From: a virus | Lineage: Duplodnaviria; Caudoviricetes | Direction: 5' to 3' (one strand) | DNA length: 29,764 bases | Virus record (IMG/VR): IMGVR_UViG_3300032270_001767 | Coordinates: 1 to 29,764 of that record | Shown here: positions 17,536-25,664 of the stretch, piece by piece | Numbering within the stretch: the first letter of the stretch is position 1 | Layout: each line of letters starts with the position of its first letter | Program-made: the position numbers and the translations under genes | The notes under the pieces: generated by a model | Told to the model about the DNA's origin: nothing | The model's database searches: none | Seen by the model: only the letters and a program-made list of their open reading frames with translations

Positions 17536-17835
17536 ATGGAACATTCAGCCGAACCACGGGAATTTGAACTTCCGTTGGAATTGCAGTTTTCCATGCGTAA
17601 AGCTGAGTTGCAGGCCCAGGAGATGACATGGGAACAACTGCACTCATCGCTTTTGAATTTGTATTACCAACGACTAATGGAATGGCATGCCGTCAAGACA
17701 TTGCTGACGGATGAAAATATTGAAATTGAAATTGATCTGCCTACAGAACTAGAGCTAATTGAATTTGCCGCCACCTGCATCCCTGACGATGAAGATGACG
17801 ACGAAGATGATGACGATGTGTTGCTGCCGTTTTAA
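17536..17835 (+). CDS. nblA: NblA-like phycobilisome degradation adaptor with an acidic tail
   Basis: LPLELQFSMR...QAQEMTWEQL...LLNLYYQ.L....VKTLL fits the NblA pattern LSLEQQF...Q..MS.EQ....L..LY.Q.M...K.LL. Confidence 0.7.
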   Translation: MEHSAEPREFELPLELQFSMRKAELQAQEMTWEQLHSSLLNLYYQRLMEWHAVKTLLTDENIEIEIDLPTELELIEFAATCIPDDEDDDEDDDDVLLPF

Positions 17836-18338
17836 ACGTAGTCGCGCTCTAAGCGATCAATCAAACGGTTGAGATACCAACGTGCCTTCTTGGCATCTTG
17901 AAGCATATTGTCTTTATACCAAATACGTAACAAATATTTAAGTGTTTGCCACAGCAAACCACCGGAGATTGGGTCGGGGGCATCTTGCACCGCCTGCTCC
18001 AGGATATCAATAACTTCTACCTTGCCCTGGTTGTAATGTTCAGGGTGATCTACCGGATCCCCCTTTGGGGCAATAGGGCTTTTAGCTACTTCCCAAGGTA
18101 CTGGGCACACACCATCTACACACCCAGTATTTTCTACCGAGTCAAACCACGTCTTTGGTTGGATAGTAAAATTTCCGTTGTCGCATTTGCCGGAGGCAGT
18201 GTCACCAACTTGCTCTTCGGCATTGGAAGAGTTCCCGGATACATGCCAGCTTCCTCCACCCCAGGGATGTAGCCGGTTCTCCCCGGACGTGGCATACCCT
18301 CTAATCCAAGATTCGTTCGTTCCAGACCCTGTTCGCAT
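17832..18338 (-). CDS. DUF3310 (SaV-like/T7 gp1.7-like) protein with an N-terminal extension
   Basis: DPVDHPEHYNQGKVEVIDI...KYLLR..YKD...QDAKKARWYL.RLI. The start is uncertain; the only in-frame ATG before the domain is 18338. Confidence 0.8.
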   Translation of the reverse strand: MRTGSGTNESWIRGYATSGENRLHPWGGGSWHVSGNSSNAEEQVGDTASGKCDNGNFTIQPKTWFDSVENTGCVDGVCPVPWEVAKSPIAPKGDPVDHPEHYNQGKVEVIDILEQAVQDAPDPISGGLLWQTLKYLLRIWYKDNMLQDAKKARWYLNRLIDRLERDYV

Positions 18339-18484
18339 GCTGCCAATCCACGATTGTACATATCATACAGAGGAACGTCATTGTTTGTGTTGCTTAGCGG
18401 AGCACCAAAGTCCTCTTCGCTTAGGCAACGACACTTAACTTCATCCTGAACAAAACTATCTAAAAACCCAGCGGCGCCATGCAT
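18134..18484 (-). CDS. Hypothetical protein (116 aa) overlapping the DUF3310 gene
   Basis: Starts at a divergent intergenic gap and has protein-like composition. It covers 18339-18484, which is otherwise unexplained. Confidence 0.6.
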   Translation of the reverse strand: MHGAAGFLDSFVQDEVKCRCLSEEDFGAPLSNTNNDVPLYDMYNRGLAACEQGLERTNLGLEGMPRPGRTGYIPGVEEAGMYPGTLPMPKSKLVTLPPANATTEILLSNQRRGLTR

Positions 18485-18524
18485 AACTGTATTGGCTTTG
18501 ATTCATCTCATCTACAATATTATC

Positions 18525-18899
18525 ATGACAGATTTCCACGGCGCTTTACACGACCCACGCCAGCTCTCTGGTACTTCAGGAGCAGAAACGTCGGACCTCA
18601 GGCCTGAGCAGGCTTACGATACGGACATGCGCCGTGTTGATTCAAGGGATCGTGCCTCAGTTGATTCAGTAAATGATAAACAAAGTCGTGTAGCTAAATT
18701 CATGGCAGCGGCTAAAAGCGCTGGTAAATTCCGCCAGAAAGCAGGCATTGATGAGCCCGCAATTCGTGGCAAAACACCTAGGACAGAAGCTAATATCGCT
18801 GGCACGTCACTGCCAAGCATGGGAGATACTATTGGTAAAGCAGGAAGTACCAACTACGCCAACAAACCTCAGCCAAGTTTTGGCCGTGCTTTTGGTTAA
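18525..18899 (+). CDS. Hypothetical hydrophilic protein (124 aa)
   Basis: ATG 18525 lies 6 nt after TACAAT (18513-18518), so the transcript may be leaderless. Confidence 0.7.
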   Translation: MTDFHGALHDPRQLSGTSGAETSDLRPEQAYDTDMRRVDSRDRASVDSVNDKQSRVAKFMAAAKSAGKFRQKAGIDEPAIRGKTPRTEANIAGTSLPSMGDTIGKAGSTNYANKPQPSFGRAFG

Positions 18900-18906
18900 C
18901 ACCGCA

Positions 18907-19494
18907 TCAAACCTGAGAGAATACAATTTCTTTCTTTTGATCTTGATACTTGCCTTTTCGGTCTTGGTAAGACACCCGGCAATCTTCACCTTTGTAAAAC
19001 AACAGTTGTGTAATACCCTCGTCAGCATAAATACGATTAAACAAACCAGTGCAATTGCTAATTTCCAACGTAAGGTAGCCCTCCCAACCGGCTTCTGCTG
19101 GTGTGATATTTACCAAGATACCTGAACGTGCATACGTAGATTTGCCAACGGCAACTACAGTCACATTCCTGGGAAGCTTAATGCGTTCTTGTGCAACGCC
19201 AAGACAATACCCATAAGGAGGCAAAATAAAATACTGTCCTTTTTCATCTTCTAGTAATTCGGCATTTGTGAGGATATCCTTATCAAAGTCTTTGGGATCA
19301 CAATCACCTTTTTGAATTCGGCCAAAAACTAAACATTGCTTGGGAGACAGTCGGATATCGTATCCGTAAGAGCTGAGTCCATAGCTAAGAATACGGCGAC
19401 CATCTGTTTCACTCACCAACTTATCCTGGAACGGAGAGATCATTTCCTCCGTTTCGGCAAGGTGTTGAATTTCCCAGTCGCAGAGGAGAGCCAT
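18907..19494 (-). CDS. dcd: dCTP deaminase
   Basis: SYGLSSYGYDIRL, GKSTYARSG, TPAEAGWEG.LTLE, EGITQLLF and SYQDRKGKYQ.Q motifs. Confidence 0.97.
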   Translation of the reverse strand: MALLCDWEIQHLAETEEMISPFQDKLVSETDGRRILSYGLSSYGYDIRLSPKQCLVFGRIQKGDCDPKDFDKDILTNAELLEDEKGQYFILPPYGYCLGVAQERIKLPRNVTVVAVGKSTYARSGILVNITPAEAGWEGYLTLEISNCTGLFNRIYADEGITQLLFYKGEDCRVSYQDRKGKYQDQKKEIVFSQV

Positions 19495-19518
19495 ACAAAT
19501 TTTTGGTCGCCCCTCAGT

Positions 19519-20109
19519 TTAAACCAGGACACGTCCCTTGGGCGAGTAAATGTCAATAAACTTTTCAGTGGCTTCGGCGCAACAGTGCTTTGGTTGAAGA
19601 TACACAAGGAAAGATGTGCAAGTCTTATGTTGAGACAGGCCTTCGCTGGTGTTCTTTAGAAGTGTTGGTGCAGTTTTTAAAATGCACACAGGAAAATCAA
19701 ATATCTTTTGTTCATATCGAATCATGTCCGGGCAATTCGTAAAGTAAAGCCCTTGTTCAATTTCGCTTTTCAACCAAGACGTATAAAGCTTGCGGAACCA
19801 AACAGCATGGGAAGAGACCAAAGATAAAGACGAAGCACGCGTCATCTTCCACTTATCATTCTTCTTATCCCAGAAATATGCTCCGGACGGAGGAAACAAG
19901 TAGACCCTTCCGTACCAATCCTGAGCATTTAACCCGTCATCACTTGGGGTAAAATACCTTTCAGCTCCAACATAATCATTGGCAATTTTTGAACTAGCAA
20001 CATCTAGCTCAATGCCGCCCAACAATTCATTCGCAGATGCTGCCAGGTCGTAATTAGTGATTAACTCTCTGTCTTCGCTTTGGCCTTTTCTGATATCGTG
20101 GATAGCCAT
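19519..20109 (-). CDS. Phage Dam-like DNA methyltransferase homolog with a non-canonical motif IV
   Basis: LGGIELDVASS..AN..V.A.RYFT..DDGL..DWYG.VYL matches small phage N6-adenine MTases, but NPPY reads FPPS. Confidence 0.7.
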   Translation of the reverse strand: MAIHDIRKGQSEDRELITNYDLAASANELLGGIELDVASSKIANDYVGAERYFTPSDDGLNAQDWYGRVYLFPPSGAYFWDKKNDKWKMTRASSLSLVSSHAVWFRKLYTSWLKSEIEQGLYFTNCPDMIRYEQKIFDFPVCILKTAPTLLKNTSEGLSQHKTCTSFLVYLQPKHCCAEATEKFIDIYSPKGRVLV

Positions 20110-20111
20110 TA

Positions 20112-20495
20112 TTATTCCGCAGCCTGGTTATAGTCTATTTCCAAATAGCGAATGCCCTCTGCATCGTTGATGATATAACCAGCTTTCTCCTTTGGATCAA
20201 TCTTTTGCGCTGCTTGCAAGATACGTCGAAAAGTTTCCGCAAGATCACCATCATTTCCACGTTCACACTCCCCTTGGGCAGCATGAATTTCTTTTAATGT
20301 CCAAAAAAACATTGAACGTTCTTTGTTTTGTGGTTGAAAAACCATTACACCAGGCCCTTCAAATTCCCACAACTTGGCATATTGTTGCCCCATATCACCA
20401 AGGATGAACTTGATGGTGGTATCAAGCATCTTGGCTTTGGTTTTATCTAGCTCTGGACCGAGCACTGATGATAAAAGTTTTTCGCGTTTGTTCAT
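20112..20495 (-). CDS. Hypothetical protein (127 aa)
   Basis: ATGA overlap with the upstream gene and 2 nt from the downstream start. Confidence 0.8.
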   Translation of the reverse strand: MNKREKLLSSVLGPELDKTKAKMLDTTIKFILGDMGQQYAKLWEFEGPGVMVFQPQNKERSMFFWTLKEIHAAQGECERGNDGDLAETFRRILQAAQKIDPKEKAGYIINDAEGIRYLEIDYNQAAE

Positions 20496-20950
20496 TTTTC
20501 TAGTAGTTTTTGCTTTGCAAGAGATTCTAAAAGTTTTGGGAGTGGCTGGTAGATTACAACAAGTTTCCCTAGGTTACCACGTTTCTTGACCAACTTGTTG
20601 TTTGCATCCCGTAACTTGTCAAACTCTCCAGATCTAATCAAGTATTCAGCGACACACCTGAGTCTACGCTTCAGGGGCAGCTCTGCCTGGGGAAATTTAC
20701 CACAGATCGTGTCTGCGTTCATGTCTTTAAATGCTAACCGCAATCGATTGGCAAGGGTCATATTTGAATTAGCGTCTTCCCTTTCGTACTCCTGCAAATT
20801 TTCCAGGTAACGACGCAGGATCTTGTCGTCGAAAGAACCGCTGGGAGGCAAAAAGTCAATCACCTGTAGTGCCAAGGATTCTGGTAACTGCTCGGCAAAA
20901 TTCTTGACAGTTACAAGTGAGATGTCCAATCCATCAAAACGTGTTGACAT
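20492..20950 (-). CDS. Hypothetical protein, possible winged-helix DNA-binding domain (152 aa)
   Basis: TGATG coupling. Basic helix KRRLRCVAEYLIRSG followed by a wing-like GKLVVIYQP. Confidence 0.7.
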   Translation of the reverse strand: MSTRFDGLDISLVTVKNFAEQLPESLALQVIDFLPPSGSFDDKILRRYLENLQEYEREDANSNMTLANRLRLAFKDMNADTICGKFPQAELPLKRRLRCVAEYLIRSGEFDKLRDANNKLVKKRGNLGKLVVIYQPLPKLLESLAKQKLLEK

Positions 20951-21363
20951 CACTCAAGCTTCCCAAAAGAAGTACTTTGGTACATGTTTCGTTTTGTGTA
21001 GTAGTCACTCGTAATTGTCTTGCGGTTTTTTGCAAAGGATTGAACCAGGTTATTCCAGGGAATACGAATGACCGCCTTTCGCCCAGAATCTGGAGCAATA
21101 TTGACATAGTGAACGCTTTCAATCCAACCCTTGTCGGGAGTTTTTCGTCCAATTGCAATCCAATTACGAACAGTTTGATCGGATACCTGGAGCCGCCGGG
21201 CACATTCTTCTGTTGAAATGTACTCATCCGCAAATGCTTCCGGGTTAAACACCGTATTTTCATCTGCTCCATAACGGCTTTGCCACATGGAATTGAGAAT
21301 TGTCCTAATACCTTTTAATTCATGCGAGATGTCCTCTAGACCTTTTCGAATTCCGTACGACAT
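20950..21363 (-). CDS. HTH_17/excisionase-like DNA-binding protein (137 aa)
   Basis: EYISTEECARRLQVSDQTVRNWI..G. ATG 21363 preferred because the track start collides with the divergent gene. Confidence 0.8.
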   Translation of the reverse strand: MSYGIRKGLEDISHELKGIRTILNSMWQSRYGADENTVFNPEAFADEYISTEECARRLQVSDQTVRNWIAIGRKTPDKGWIESVHYVNIAPDSGRKAVIRIPWNNLVQSFAKNRKTITSDYYTKRNMYQSTSFGKLE

Positions 21364-21418
21364 ACACAACAAGCTTTGATTAAATGCTAAGGTATAGAAA
21401 AAGTTTTCGCTGCCTCCC

Positions 21419-21784
21419 ATGGAAAATCAAGTGGCTCCAAGCAACACCCCGCAGCCCCAACCACAAATCCCCCTACAGCAGCCTGAGATCACGCTTGAAA
21501 CCCTGGAGGCAATGAAAGCCCAGGCTAAGCAAATGGCGATTCAGCAGGCCATGGCTCAGCGGCTAGAGCAACAGCAGCAGCCACAGCAACTACCCTATCC
21601 CACGCAACAATACGTACCCAGGCAAATCCCGCAGCAACCACAGGTTGTTTATGTTCGTCGCAACTTGACGGTTGCCGAACTTATTTTGGTTTTTGTTGTG
21701 TCTTGTGGAATTGTTGTTGGCGGCCAAGCAGCTTGGAATGTAGGCTCAAGATTTCTTCCTAGCATTGAAATCAAAGTAAAATAA
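21419..21784 (+). CDS. Gln/Pro-rich protein with one C-terminal transmembrane segment
   Basis: Q-rich N-terminus and hydrophobic LILVFVVSCGIVVGG. Confidence 0.75.
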   Translation: MENQVAPSNTPQPQPQIPLQQPEITLETLEAMKAQAKQMAIQQAMAQRLEQQQQPQQLPYPTQQYVPRQIPQQPQVVYVRRNLTVAELILVFVVSCGIVVGGQAAWNVGSRFLPSIEIKVK

Positions 21785-21835
21785 ATTAAGCACAGATCGC
21801 CTATAATTTAATTTATAGGTCTTGTGGTTTAATAA

Positions 21836-24484
21836 GTGGCCAATAGGCGCATAACCGATTTGCCAGCAATTTCGTCATCAGCTATTGATGATGACGATCT
21901 TTTGATGGTTGTTGATGTAGCCGAAGTTGATCCTGGGTTAAAGAATAAGAAGCTTACATTTACAGATACAAAACAATACTTCAATAGCTACTACCTCCAG
22001 TTAACCGGTGGCACGGTTGCAGGTTCCCTGATTGTTGCAAATAATTTAACCGTTAGTGGAACATTTACACCAAACACAATTAATGTAAGCGGCACAGGTA
22101 CGTTTGCGAACTTAATTGTTACTGGCAATGCAGAAGTACGTAACACCCTTAGTGGTTTTACGATTACTGGTAGGACCGTTCAAGGTTTAAACGTTAATGC
22201 AACAACTGGCAACATTGATATTTTAACTGTCAACAACGAAACAGTTGGCACTGGTAATTTTACAAGAATAAGCGGTACAACAATCACTGGCACCACTGGT
22301 GTCTTTGGCTCTTTAACAGGACAAACAATTACAGGCGCAACAGGTTTGTTTTCTAGCCTGAGTGGAACAAATGTTACTGGCGTCAATGGAGTATTTACAA
22401 CTCAAGTATCAGGCGCAATTATTACAGGCGATACTGCTCGTGTCTCTACGTTAACTGGAGTTAGTGGCGTATTTACTACACAGGTTTCCGGCGCAACTAT
22501 TACCGGTAATTTTGTTAATTCATCAAACATTACAGGCATCAGCGGCGTATTTACCACTCAACTTTCTGGTGCAACAATCACTGGAGACACCGGTAGATTT
22601 ACAAACTTTACCGGAGTTTCTGGAACTTTCACCAGCAGGGTTTCTGGTTTAACCGTTACAGGTGTCACTGGTTTATTTACCACAGTTACTGGTTCACTTG
22701 GTACGTTTACCACAACGTTATCAGGTGCGTCAATAACAGGAGATATTGTAAACCTTGGTACGGTAACAGGTGTTAGTGGCGTATTTACCACGCAACTTTC
22801 TGGTGCTGTTATTACCGGGGATCGCGGACGGTTTACATCGATCACTGGACAGACAGGTATTTTTACGTCAAATCTTTCTGGCGCAACCATTACTGGCATC
22901 AGTGGTTTATTTCAACGCATTGAAGCTTTAACCGGTGTCTTCACTAATTCAATTTCCATCCCATCTATTAACACTACTGGCAACATTGTTGCTGCAGGCA
23001 ACCTTGTCATTAGTGGCAGCGGAACAATTTCGTCTGGTTTAGTTGTTAGCGGTACGATATCCGGTGCCACTATTACTGGCATTAGTGGTATTTTTGGTGA
23101 CTTAACGGCTAACCAAATTTATGGTACAACAAGCATCTCAGGTGTAACAATTACAGGGGCATCAGGCAACTTTGGCCGCCTTAATGCTGTAACAGGTGTA
23201 TTCACGACTACGTTAAGTGGAGCCACAATTACTGGCAACATAATCAATGCAACGACTGGCAATTTTGTCAGTGGAAACTTCACGGCTCTTTCTGGAGCAA
23301 CCATAACAGGATCTACGGCTCAATTCACAAACCTTACCGGCATATCTGGGACGTTTACCGATCGCATTTCAGGTGCAATTGTCACTGGAAACGCAGGCCA
23401 ATTTTCAAATATCACGGGTGTTTCTGGGGTATTTACAACACGTATTTCTGGGGCAACTGTTACTGGTGATACGGGACAATTCACAAACTTAACAGGAGTT
23501 TCTGGAATTTTTACGAGCCAGGTTTCCGGTGCTGTAGTTACTGGTAATGCGGGTCAATTTGCAAATATCACTGGTGTATCCGGAGTATTTACAACTCAAG
23601 TATCAGGCGCAGTTATCACTGGTGTTACGGGCCTATTTAATCGGGTTACTGGTGTCACTGGTGTATTCACTAGTTTGGTTTCAGGTTTTAATGTTGCAGG
23701 AGAGAATGCAACATTTAACTATGTAACGGGAAACACGCGAGTTGAAGGCGCAAATATTTCTGGTGGCTCTATTACAGGCAACACAATTAATGTAGGCACA
23801 ATAACGGGAGTTACAGGCGTTTTCACTCAGTACTTATCAGGGGCTACGGTTACCGGCACTACTGGTAATTTTGTCACGGTTAATGCCACAACTGTTACTG
23901 CAACTACTGGTAATTTTACGGTTGCAAACTTTACGGAAACCACTACCGGCAATATCCAAATTAGCGGAAGCGGTATTTTTGGGAGTGGTGTTTTTACGTC
24001 AGGTATAATTTCAGGTGCAACCGTTACCGGCAATACGGGTAATTTCACTGCTATTAACTTTGTAACTGCAACAGGAGGCAGCCTTTCTGTTACGGGCGTA
24101 ATTTCTGGAGGAGATATTAAACCGTATGGTTTATTTAGCTTTCCGTCAGGCGCTGGAACATCAGGTTATTCTTTGGTTACCAACGGAAACGGAACAACTA
24201 GCTGGTCTCCGCCTTTATCTTATACAACAACGGCCACTGGTAAAACATTGGCCAACAATGAAATATGTACGGTTACCGCATCATCCCAAACAATTACGTT
24301 ACCCTCTTCGCCTACTACAGGATCAGTGGCTGGAGTAAGTATTGCAGGCACTTTTACTGATACAGTAATTGGACGAAATAGTGCTAATATTATGTCATTG
24401 GCTGAAGATATGACGATTAACGTTCCCTACGTATCCGTCACTTTTGTTTACATTGATGCCACTAGAGGCTGGAGGATTTTCTAA
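21836..24484 (+). CDS. Long tail fibre-like protein with 26-aa repeats (882 aa)
   Basis: RRITDLPA...DDLLMVVD...NKKLT anchor, T/G/S repeats, and TITLPSSP..G...FVY.DATRGW C-terminal domain common in phage fibres. Confidence 0.85.
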   Translation: MANRRITDLPAISSSAIDDDDLLMVVDVAEVDPGLKNKKLTFTDTKQYFNSYYLQLTGGTVAGSLIVANNLTVSGTFTPNTINVSGTGTFANLIVTGNAEVRNTLSGFTITGRTVQGLNVNATTGNIDILTVNNETVGTGNFTRISGTTITGTTGVFGSLTGQTITGATGLFSSLSGTNVTGVNGVFTTQVSGAIITGDTARVSTLTGVSGVFTTQVSGATITGNFVNSSNITGISGVFTTQLSGATITGDTGRFTNFTGVSGTFTSRVSGLTVTGVTGLFTTVTGSLGTFTTTLSGASITGDIVNLGTVTGVSGVFTTQLSGAVITGDRGRFTSITGQTGIFTSNLSGATITGISGLFQRIEALTGVFTNSISIPSINTTGNIVAAGNLVISGSGTISSGLVVSGTISGATITGISGIFGDLTANQIYGTTSISGVTITGASGNFGRLNAVTGVFTTTLSGATITGNIINATTGNFVSGNFTALSGATITGSTAQFTNLTGISGTFTDRISGAIVTGNAGQFSNITGVSGVFTTRISGATVTGDTGQFTNLTGVSGIFTSQVSGAVVTGNAGQFANITGVSGVFTTQVSGAVITGVTGLFNRVTGVTGVFTSLVSGFNVAGENATFNYVTGNTRVEGANISGGSITGNTINVGTITGVTGVFTQYLSGATVTGTTGNFVTVNATTVTATTGNFTVANFTETTTGNIQISGSGIFGSGVFTSGIISGATVTGNTGNFTAINFVTATGGSLSVTGVISGGDIKPYGLFSFPSGAGTSGYSLVTNGNGTTSWSPPLSYTTTATGKTLANNEICTVTASSQTITLPSSPTTGSVAGVSIAGTFTDTVIGRNSANIMSLAEDMTINVPYVSVTFVYIDATRGWRIF
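22376..23870 (+). repeat. Degenerate 78-nt (26-aa) tandem repeats in two blocks
   Basis: Consensus TGVSGVFTTQ(V/L)SGATITGxTG(R/Q)FTN(L/I). About 7 copies from 22376 and a second block from about 23190. Confidence 0.85.
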
Positions 24485-25362
24485 TGTCTACTCTTACGCA
24501 GTTTTATGGGGCATCGGCGGCTAACCTTATTCCGGTTGAGCTTCTTATCGTTGGTGGAGGTGGACCTGGCAGTTCAGTGGGGCCAGGTGCATCAGCTATA
24601 ACCGAAGGAAGAGGAGGAGCGGGTGGAGGTAGTGGAAGATTAATTTTTAGTTCCACGACGGTCAGCAAAAGCCTTGCTTACACAATAACAATTGGCGCTG
24701 GTGGTGCTGCTAGTACTGGCGGTGCTAGTCCTGGTAACTCAAGTTTTTTTGGGTTAATTGAATCAAATGGAGGTGCGATCCCCTTTCAAAGTATAGTAAC
24801 AAGACCATCTCTTGGTGGATCACTAGGAGGAAATGGTAACACCACCGGTACAGCCGGTTATCAACTTAATGTTGTTACTACACCAGTACCAGTTTTTATG
24901 CAGATTAATTCAGCAGATAATTTTTACTACTCCCTTGCTAGTGTTGGCGGATTTCGTGCCGTTAACAACGTTAGCGGTGGTGCTGGAGGCGGCGGTGCGG
25001 GTGGTTGGGGTTTTGCGCTCACTACAGGCGGAGGTTCTGGCGGTGGCTCTGGTTTTGCTGTTAGCACTGTAGGTTCTTCTGTTTTTTACGCATCAGGGGG
25101 GGACGCAAGAACCGGGACCGTTGGTACTGCTTCAGGGGTTGCAGGCACTGCTAATACAGGTAATGGAGGTAGCTCAGCATCTATTTTAGCTTCTCCTCCG
25201 CTTGATACGTATCTTGGAGGCAATGGGGGATCTGGAGTAGTAATTATTGCTTACAGAGACACTTATCCAGCGCCAACTTCTATCACGGGCACTTATGATC
25301 AACCTACGCGCACTGGTTATCGCGTTTATCGCTTTACTGGTAGCGGATCCATTACTTTCTGA
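24484..25362 (+). CDS. Glycine-rich tail fibre/receptor-binding protein
   Basis: VELLIVGGGG.G, YTITIGAGG, GGNGGSGVVIIAY and YRVYRFTGSGSITF. TAATG coupling. Confidence 0.85.
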   Translation: MSTLTQFYGASAANLIPVELLIVGGGGPGSSVGPGASAITEGRGGAGGGSGRLIFSSTTVSKSLAYTITIGAGGAASTGGASPGNSSFFGLIESNGGAIPFQSIVTRPSLGGSLGGNGNTTGTAGYQLNVVTTPVPVFMQINSADNFYYSLASVGGFRAVNNVSGGAGGGGAGGWGFALTTGGGSGGGSGFAVSTVGSSVFYASGGDARTGTVGTASGVAGTANTGNGGSSASILASPPLDTYLGGNGGSGVVIIAYRDTYPAPTSITGTYDQPTRTGYRVYRFTGSGSITF

Positions 25363-25373
25363 GGAAATTTTAC

Positions 25374-25658
25374 ATGGCACACTTTGCAGAGTTGGACGAA
25401 AACAATAACGTATTGCGCGTTATTGTTATCCACAATCAAGACTGTCAAGATGAATCTGGAAACGAGATGGAAGACGTGGGGCAATTTTATTGTAAATTAC
25501 TGTTCGGAGAGAATTCGCGCTGGTTGCAGACAAGTTACAACGGTAAGTTTCGTGGTAAATATGCTGGTATTGGGGATATTTATGATGACAGCATAGATAA
25601 GTTTGTTGCTCCTGCTTCTCACGGTATTATTGGGCAATTTATTACGATTGAAGAATAA
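25374..25658 (+). CDS. Small protein of a family that usually follows Gly-rich fibre genes (possible assembly chaperone)
   Basis: MAHFAELDENN.VLRVIV...WLQTSYN..FR.KYAGIG..YD pattern. GAGG SD. Confidence 0.75.
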   Translation: MAHFAELDENNNVLRVIVIHNQDCQDESGNEMEDVGQFYCKLLFGENSRWLQTSYNGKFRGKYAGIGDIYDDSIDKFVAPASHGIIGQFITIEE

Positions 25659-25664
25659 TAAAAT

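Noticed and set aside
12931-21363. Prophage or integration module suggested by two excisionase-like HTH genes
   Set aside because: No integrase, att-like repeat or host genes are present in the window, and such HTH domains are common regulators.
22376-23870. CRISPR-like array or DGR repeat
   Set aside because: The repeats are in-frame protein repeats with third-position variation and no unique spacers. No reverse transcriptase is present in the window.
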